The notes under the pieces were generated by a model. That model was given only the letters and a program-made list of their open reading frames with translations. It was not told where the DNA came from and searched no databases. From the NCBI RefSeq assembly GCF_009914755.1, contig NC_060930.1: a stretch of DNA of 64,000 nucleotides; one strand, 5' to 3'. How positions within the stretch are numbered: position 1 is the stretch's first letter; every line of letters starts with the position of its first letter. The DNA comes from the human T2T-CHM13v2.0 reference genome, Homo sapiens. The position numbers were made by a program, and so were the translations under genes. This document shows, piece after piece, positions 53,101 to 64,000 of this stretch.

Positions 53101-53959
53101 TTTTTCCAGGGCATGAATTGAGGAGTTTTGTTGTTGTTGTTGTTGTTGTTGTTGTTTGAGATGGAGTCTCGCTCTTGTCACCCAGGCTGGATTGCATTGG
53201 TGTGATCTCAGCTTACTGCAACCTCTGCCTCCCGGGGTTCAAGTGATTCTCCTGCCTCAGCTTCCCGAGTAGCTGGGATTACTGGTGCCCGCCACCACGC
53301 CTGGCTAATTTTTTTGTATTTTTAGTAGATACAGGGTTTCACCATGTTGGCTGGGCTGTTCTCGAACTCCCAACCTCAGGTGATCCACCCGCCTCGGCCT
53401 CCCAAAATGTTGGGATTACAGGCGTGAGCCACTGCGCCCAGCTTGAATCGAGTTTTTTTTTTTTTCCCACTTATGTCCAAAGAGGAATCCTGTTTCAAGT
53501 ACCTAGTGAAAAGCTGTGGAAGGGATTTGTTTGTTGCAACACTATTGTTTAGGACAGAAAAGCAGAGTAATTTTGTTTATATGAAATCTAAGTTGGGGGC
53601 AGGTGCAGCGGCTCATATCTGTAATCACAACACTTTGGGAGGTTGAGGCAGGAGGATCACTTGAGACTGGGAGTTCAAGGCCAGCCTGGAAGATATAACA
53701 AGACCCTGTGTCTAAAAAGTAATTTTTAAAAAAAATAGCCAGGCATGCTGGCACATGCCTGTAGTCCCAGTTACTCAGAAAGCTGAGGTGGAAAGATTAT
53801 TTGAGTCTAGGAGGTCGAGGCTGCAGTGAGTCATGATCACATTACTGCACTCCAGCCTGGGCAACAGAGTAAGACCCCATCTCAAAAGAAAAGAAAAGAA
53901 AGAAATCTAAGTTGGAAGGCCAAATTGTAAAGGCCATGTGTTACATATCAAAAAAAAAA

Positions 53960-55700
<1,741 letters not shown>

Positions 55701-57383
55701 AAAATTACTTTGTCTTTTAAAATTCTAGGCAAAGCCAGGCACAGTGGCATGCACCTGTAGTCCCAGCTACTTGGGAGACCGAAGCAGGAGGATCGCTTGA
55801 GGCCAAGAGTTTGAGGCTGCAATGAGCTACGACCATGCCTGTGAATAGCCAAGGCATTCTAGCCTACGCAACATAGTGAGACCCAGTCCCTAAAAAATAA
55901 ATAAATAGATAAAATAAAATCCTAGGCAAGACAATTAGGTATGCACTCTTTACCCAAGCTAATGATCCTTGCAAAACACTCCCACAAATTCAAATACTAT
56001 GTCCCTAGGCAGAGCATAACAGCTTCAGTCTTCCTTTTGTTGTTCTAATAATAGTAAGAGGAGTAGCAATAACAACAATAATAATAGCTAATATTTATGT
56101 CAAGAACTCTTGTAAGTGTTTTCCACATCTTACCTTGCTTAGTCCTTATTCACACTAGAAGGTTGGTACTATTACTATAGTCATTTTTCAAATGAGAATT
56201 AAGGAACAGAGAAGTTAGCAGAGAGCTTGTTAAGTGGTGTGGTCAGAACTCCAGATCCTCTTAATCATGACATAGTGGCAGCAGCAGTCTTACTGCTTCA
56301 GCAACCTATAGGGTGCTTGTCTCTGCCAGTCTGATTCCAGCTTTAGCCTCATTTGGATCTGTGTGACTGGCTCCAGATGCAATGATAATCACCAGTGAGA
56401 ATTAAAAGAAAAAGCTTTTCACGTCCTAATAAAATCACTCCCTGACTGTCAAAACATTTAAAGTTTTTAAACCTTATGTTGAAGTCCTTAGTGAGCAAAA
56501 GCTTGAATTTTCTTTTGAGGTGAAATGTATTGTGTCTTAATCACTCCATAAGAGGCTCACTTTCTTTCTGGATTTTTAAAAATTGCTTTTGCAGTAAAGT
56601 CTGAAAATGTTTTAAGTTGTGCTAGATGCCATGAAGCAAGCCTTTTGCTTTCTGAAATAAGATTTAACATTTATATTAATGTAAGATATTGTTTTTAATT
56701 AACTTGCAGAGAGTCTTAACAAGGTATTAATTTATGAGAGGGTATAAAAAGGGAGGGATAAATAGTGGGCAAATGGTACAATGCCACAAACTACAACCAA
56801 TAAATACTACATGGTATAAAGGAGTTTAATAAAATCTAAAGGCCAGGTGCAGTGGCTCATGCTATAATCCCAGTGCTTTAGGAGGCCAAGGCAGGAGGAT
56901 AGCTTGAGCCCAGGTGTTGGAGACCAGGCTGGGCAAGATGGAAAGACATCTCCCTAACCCCTGCTGCCACCCCACTGCCCGCGGTCTCTACAAAAATAAA
57001 AATTAAAAAAAATAGCTAGGCATGGTGGCATGTACCTGTAGCTTTAGCTACTTGGGAGGCCAGAGCGGGGAGATCGTTTGAGCCCAGGAGTTCCAGGCTG
57101 CAAAGAGCCATGATCACACCGCTGCACTCCAGCCTGGGTGACAGAATGAGACTGAGTCTCTAAAAAAATAAAAAGATAAAATTTGAGGTAGATGAGGAAA
57201 AAGAGGAGGAGGAAGAGAAAGACAAGAAGTACAAGAAAGAGGAGTGAAAAGAAGGAAGAGCATATAATGATGACATGGTTGCAGGAATAAAGGACACAGA
57301 TTCTTCACTTGAAATAACCCTCAGAAAGCAAAACATACTCCAGCTGACAATAAGCCACGTTACCGAACTGCTGAGAACTATTA

Positions 57384-57614
<231 letters not shown>

Positions 57615-60600
57615 TTATGCCACTGTATTCCAGGCTGGGATACAGAGCAAGACCCTGTCTCAAAAAAAAAAAAAAAAAAAAAATGTACTATGAGACCTCC
57701 AGATAGTACAGCTCTGGTCTTTGAAAAAAATCCGTGTTTACATAGCACGTGATTCAACATAGCCAGTGTTACCTGATGTAATGCGGAGGCCTGATTGATT
57801 TTCATTTAGGTTGAAAGCTTGGATAGTGGACTTAGTCCATTTATATTCTCTTTCTCATTCTACCCTTTGTTATACATTTCCAGAGAGGATAAATCTCGAT
57901 GTCAGAGGAGCCATTTCGAGGGCATACAGTACTTAACAAAGATTATAGGTTATGTTCAGAAAATGTCCAGTGTTAAAATGAAGGTTAGGATGTCTCTGCT
58001 GGCTGTGTTTTGTTTAATCCTGTTTTCTGTGGACTTGAATAGGATTAGGGCTCAGAGGGAGGCCTGGAAGGAGTTATCTGGCAGAGGGAGAGAGCTTCGC
58101 AGTGAACAGTGTGTGCCAGTTTTTCCACAGAATTGCTCAGTCAGCTTGCGGTGAGGAGACTTTCAAGCCCGTGGAGCTGCAATATTAAAAGATGAAGTTG
58201 GTGGAACTTTCTCATAGAAGTTAAGTTACCGTCCCTGAGGGAAGGAGAGCCAAGTTTTGTTTTGTTATTCGGTGCCAGGCACTTTATTATATTAGAAGAG
58301 AATATCCTAAATATAGTCCCTTTAATTAATTAATTAATTAATTAATTAGTTAGTTAATTAATTAATTTTTTGAGATAGGGTCTCACTCTGTCACCCAGGC
58401 TGGAGCCAACACAGCTCACTGGAACCTCAACCTCTGGACTCCAGTGATCCTCCCGCCTCAGCCTCCCAAGTAGCTGGGACCACAGGTGTGCACCACCATG
58501 CTTGGCTAATTTAAACAAACAAAAAAAAATGTTGTAGAGATGGAGTCTTAACTATGTTACCCAGGCTGGCCTGGAACTCCTGGGCTTAAGTGATCCTCCC
58601 GCCTCAGCCTCCCAAGCAGCACAGCCATTGCATTTTCTATTGGAAGTTTTTTCTACTCTGAGTATTGACCTTTTGAGAGAGAGCCTAAGTTTTTTCTGAC
58701 CTACATTTAAAACTTTTTTCCCCATTATCTATCTTTAGAAATAAGGAAGAAAGTAGTGCCAGACTGGCCAAATTAGTAACCCCCATTTGGGGTAGAATGC
58801 TAGGCAGCATTTGGAGGCACACTGGATCACAGTGTTTTATCTGAAGATGATTTCTGTTTTTCGGAAATCCCTATTGCTTATGGGAAATCGAATATATCTC
58901 AGTGTTAAAATAGCAGCATAAATGTTTTAATTAAGCAAGTGCCAAGCATGGGTGTGGAAGGCCTAATTAGACCCCGTGGGTATCAGCGATGTCTGCCAGA
59001 TTAGGGAGGTGTCCTAGCCCTGAGAGAATCGCCTTGCTGAGAGCTGTGGCTGCTGTACCCTGCCTACAAATGGCTGGTCCCTGTAGAGGTTTCTTTTTCG
59101 CCTTGAAAATATTTGCAAATGGAGAAGTAGTTTTTTGAGTCTATATCTCATTACAAAATCCAGTTGATGTCCCGTTTCTAATGAAAATAGGAAAGGGAAA
59201 AAAGAGAGTGAGAAGGAAGAGGAAGGAGTCTGCTCAGACAGGGCTTGGAGGCTTTACACAGCGCTTGTCTCTCCACTGGGCCTCTCTCGCAGCTCTCAAT
59301 CATGTCCCCTGGGCAGCCTGAATTCCAGATACATGGAGGAGCTATGTCTCCATGGGAACAGCATGAGAGAACAAAATGAGGAACAAAGTTAATATTTATA
59401 GCCCATGCCTGCTGATTTTCTGTGCTGGCTTTATTCATTAAGTGATCTCAGGGCTGAGGTGAGTGCAGGAGTGTACGTCTCCCTTGGTATCCAAATCATT
59501 TTTTTTTCCTTCTCTTTCCAACCCATCCCTAAAATGTCAAGCACAAATAGTGAGGATTAGCTATGGAGCGTACTCTCCTTCCACTGTGCTTGGTAGACAG
59601 AACCCAGGCTTTGGGGCCCGGGTCTTTTGTAGAGACTCCTGTCTCTGCAAAAATAAGCCCAAAGCCCAGGCTTTGGAGACATGGATTTAAATCCCAGCTC
59701 TGGCACTAACCTACCTTAATTGCTTCCAATTCTCAATTTCTTCATCTCCAACATAGGAATAATGATACTTAACGCTACCATTGGTTGTAAGGATTTAAAA
59801 TGATTCATACAAAGTCCCCGAGTCTGGTGCAGGGTAAGTCCTTAAAAATGGTAGTTATTATTCATTATATTATTGACTCTCTGCTTACTTAAATGGTTCT
59901 TGTCACATTTTGATTCACAGAAAAATTAAATGGGGATAAGGAACAGAAGGAAAAATCATATTCTTTGGCAGAGCTCAGTGTTACCAGTAAAACTTGTATC
60001 TTGAATTAGAAGAAAATGTTATATAATTAAATATCTAGATTCCTCAGGCTCAAGAAACATGAATACGGACCTTGTTTTCCTGGCCTTCTTGCCTTCATGT
60101 ATTTTTTAAAACATCTCAACATGTTGCCTGTGACATTTTAATTTTATTGTTCTTTCCAGGATGTCAGACTGGCCAATTTCATCAGCCATGAGAGCCAAAG
60201 ACTCAGAGGATACACACACTCGTGTACAAAAGCCTCTGCCAGCCAGCAAAGCCTGTTTGTTTTGTCATGACAACCCTTGTCACTTCCATCTGGAGGGTGA
60301 GTGATGACGTCATTATCAAGAGAGGATGAGGGCACAGGCTGAGAACCTGTCTGAGCTGCAAGATTACAGAGAATTATATTTCACAGTCAAATGATTATGA
60401 CACAGAGAGAAGCCGTCAGTATATATAAGGTGCTTAGGCTTTACATAAACAAACATGCACTGTCTTTGACAAGGAAACAACTGGGCTTGAAAATTTCACA
60501 TGAAGAGCAATATCGATGTGTATGTGATTTTAAGAGGGAGAGAATGCGTGAAGCTACTTCAGTGTGCAGGCAGTTCTGTACTGGTGTTTAGTGAGACTAT

Positions 60601-61919
60601 AAATGGCTCTCACGGTCTGGTGGTTCTTTTAAGTCTTGGGCACAAAGTTCGCCATGGTCTAGTCAGCGATCTGCTGACTAGAGATGGAAACAAATCGGAG
60701 GGTGCATAGGAGACAGGCTGTCCCCAGGAGGTGGGTACAGCTAGCATCAGGATGGGGGTAGCAGCAGCCTGATATAATCCAAACAGAGACCCTTTGAAGA
60801 ATAAAAGGGGATGCTATCAATACTTGTTGCAGGAGAGCAGGCATAACTGGGGACTGTTCTAAGCAAGCAGGGATGTGAGGTCACTGCATGTAAGTGATGA
60901 AGAAAACCGTTTCCTGGTTCCCTCTTAAGATAGCAGTGCTGATGTTTTAGAACTAGAAGTGCTGCTGTGTGACAAAACACAGCTAAGAAGAAGACACTGG
61001 TCATCTACATGCAGATTAAGAGAAAATAGCAGGTGAGGGATTCATATGTCACCTCAACAAATTAGTCCTAGCCAAGGCTTCACACACACATGACCACAGC
61101 AAGTGAGAGGCCTGATTCCAAGAATCAGCTGGGACAACTGTTAAAATATAGAATCTCAGGCCAGAGGTGGTGGATCATGCCTGTAATCCCAAAACTTTAG
61201 GAGGCCGAGGCAGGAGGATCTCTTGAGCCAGGAGTTTGAGACCAGTCTGGGCAACACAGGGAGACTCCTGTCTCTACAAAAACACAAAAATCTGCCAGTG
61301 TGGTGGTGCACACCTGTGGTCCCAGCTACTTGTGAGGCTGCAGTGAGCTCTGATTGTGCCTGGGCGACAGAGCGAGACTCTGTCTCTAAAAAAAAAATTA
61401 AGCAACAATACATAGACTCTCAAGTCCTCCCTTGCCACCATACCAAACGAATCACAGTCTCCAGAAAAGAAACCTTACAATACATCTTATAGAATCTTCG
61501 TGCCAAAAGCAGCATTAGCAGTCATCTAGGGAAATTTGGTCTTCTTACAAACTAGTGTAACAGAGTGGCAGTTAGCCTGAGCAGTGCATGAGATGGGCCT
61601 TAATTCACAGCCTCCCACTGCCCCTTAATAAATGTGTGTGGCCCTGGGTAAGGTGCTTAGCTCCCTGAGCCTCCTGGCTCTGTTGGGAGGATGGTGTAGT
61701 GTTTATAAACCGATTTGGGCACTGTTTCCACAAAGACTAAGACTTCAATAGACAGACACCATTGTTACTGTTTGACCTGCTGAATGTCATAGCTCTGGTT
61801 TATAGCACAGCTATGACTAGATTCCTTAAACTGTCATAATTGTTGTTATATTTTTTGTGTTAATGGCAGGCAGAAGGAACAGAGATCATCCCAAACTTGT
61901 CTACATATGGTTTCTTAAA

Positions 61920-63890
61920 ACCTTTGTATTTTGAAGTAACTTCAAATTCATAAAAAAATTATTAGGAACAACACAAGGAATCCCCAAATATCCTTTACAC
62001 AAATTTACCAGTTGTTAACTTTTTATGTGTACCTCATGTGCATATATACACATACATATATGTTATATATTATATGTATATTATATATATTCCCCCCTAA
62101 GTTATTTGAGGATTACAGACATACCTTGATACCCCTTAATACTTCAGTCTTGTGTATACCTATGTAACAAACCTGCATATTCTGCACATGTATCCCAGAA
62201 CTTAAAGTAAAATTAAGGCCAGGAGCAGTGACTCACGCCTGTAATCCCAGCGCTCTGGGAGGCTGAGGCGGGCAGATCACCTGAGGTCGGTAGTTCGAGA
62301 CCAGCCTGACCAACATGGAGAAACCCTGTCTGTACTAAAAATACAAAATTAGCTGGGCGTGGTTGCACGCGCCTATAATCCCAGCTACTCGGGAGGCTGA
62401 GGCAGGAGAATTGCTTGAACCCAGGAGGCAGAGGTTGCGGTGAGCAAGATCACGCCACTGCACTCCAGCCTGGGCAACAAGAGCAAAACTCCGTCTCGAC
62501 AACAACAACAACAACAAAAACAAAAAAACTTCAGTCTGTAGTTCCTAACAGGAGCAGAATCCCACCTAATGAGAGTACAACTATCAAAAAATTAACATTG
62601 ATACATTACCAATTAATTCACAGACGCCCATTGGCTTTGCCTATTGTTCCAATATTGTCTTTTATAGGCAAAGGAGCCAACCCAGGAGTATTATGTCATA
62701 TTAGATCTTATGTTGTTGTTGTTGCTGAAGTCACTTTTGATCTGGAAATGTCTGTCTTTCTTTACCTTGCATAGCTTTAACATTTTTGAAGAGTACACGC
62801 CTGTTACTTTATAAAATGCTCTTTACTTTGGGATTGTCTGATGTCTCCTTGTCATCAAATTCAGGTTATGCATTTTTGGCAGGAACACCAAAATGCCATG
62901 ATTTCTCAGTGTATTGTATGAGGAGGCACACGTGTGTCTTTGTCCCATGACTAGGACTAGGGTTAACATTTATCCATTGGTTAAAATGATATTTGCCAGA
63001 TTCCTCTACTTTAAAGTTAATTGATAAGTATTTTGTACTTTTTGAATAAATACTTTAAAGTTAATTGAAAAGTATTTTGTACTTTTTGAATAAATAAAGG
63101 TTAGGTATCTTGTGGAAAGGTACTGTAAGACAACATACACATGCTGTTTCTCATCAGATTTTCACTCACTCATTTGTGGAATTCATTGATGATTATTGCC
63201 TGAATCAATTATTAGTGTAATTGCAAAATGTAGTTTTAAAACTCCATCATTCTTTCTGTCTTTATTACCTGGAATTTAATTGTGAATTACATCTTTTCCT
63301 TCTTTTTAATTCATGTATTAATTTATATCAGTATGGCCTCAAAGATTGTCTTTTATTCAATGAGTCACAATCTATGACTATCAATATTATTTTGGTGCTC
63401 AATTTGTCCTAGATTTAGCCATTAGAAGGCCTTTTAGACTGGTTCCTTTGTCATTTTGGCAGGTTTTCGTAATTTTGGGGGCATATTCTTACTTTCTGGG
63501 ACATAAGATGTACCAAATCAATCTTATACTTTCCCTGCTCCCAGCCTATCATCAGCCATTTCTCCAAAGAGCCCTGGTTCCTTTAGTGGAGGATGATATT
63601 CAGTAACCAATATCTAGGCCCTAGGTATGTTCATTACGAGGGATTGTCATTGCTTCTAGGCCCTCTCAGTGGACAGAGCTTAGAGATAAATGCTTGCATA
63701 CACATATGTACACACATAAATCTGTTAGAAACTGTGCATTCACATCAATACCTGCAAAGCCAGTTCAACACTATGGGGTTTATTTTAGCCTTTCCTCTTT
63801 CCATATTTGTAACTACACTGCCTGAGAATGAGAAACCTGACTCCAATTATCTCCAATATATTTGCTTATTTGTTCAGTTTCTCTGTGTTT
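61920..63890 (-). mobile_element. L1MC-like 3' end (minus strand)
   Basis: tttgtattttgaagtaacttcaaattcata...; atcagccatttctccaaagagccctggttcctttagtgga. Confidence 0.72.
63007..63094. repeat. 44-bp tandem duplication (2 copies, 1 mismatch)
   Basis: tactttaaagttaattga(t/a)aagtattttgtactttttgaataaa x2. Confidence 0.95.
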
Positions 63891-64000
63891 AATTAAAACT
63901 GCCGGCTCCTTTTTTTGCAAGAATTGACTGTTAAACTAAAGCAATAATTCTCTTCACATGCAGCAGAGCACATGGATTTCAGTGAACTCATTTTGGAGGA

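Overview
Primate (human-like) genomic DNA, not prokaryotic. Positions 1-~23,960 hold the 5' part of BCLAF1 (Bcl-2-associated transcription factor 1, RS-rich splicing/mRNP factor, THRAP3 family) on the minus strand. I resolved two non-coding exons and nine coding exons (3-11) at GT-AG junctions whose phases join into one open frame of 848 codons; the last exons lie beyond position 1. A CpG-island promoter sits at ~23.0-24.8 kb. The remaining ~40 kb is Alu-dense intergenic DNA with old L1/L2/MIR, MaLR/ERVL LTRs, hAT MITEs and a degraded EEF1A1 processed pseudogene fragment. Nearly all ORF-track entries outside BCLAF1 are Alu or low-complexity artefacts. I see no convincing new gene or new biological system. 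The best leads are: (i) several candidate poison (NMD) exons and uORFs that could form a BCLAF1 dosage-control layer; (ii) an EEF1A1 retrocopy that seems to extend past the usual poly(A) site; (iii) fossil templated-insertion and snap-back repair scars. All of these are sequence-level inferences that need RNA-seq or comparative checks. Repeat family names are from recall and repeat coordinates are approximate.
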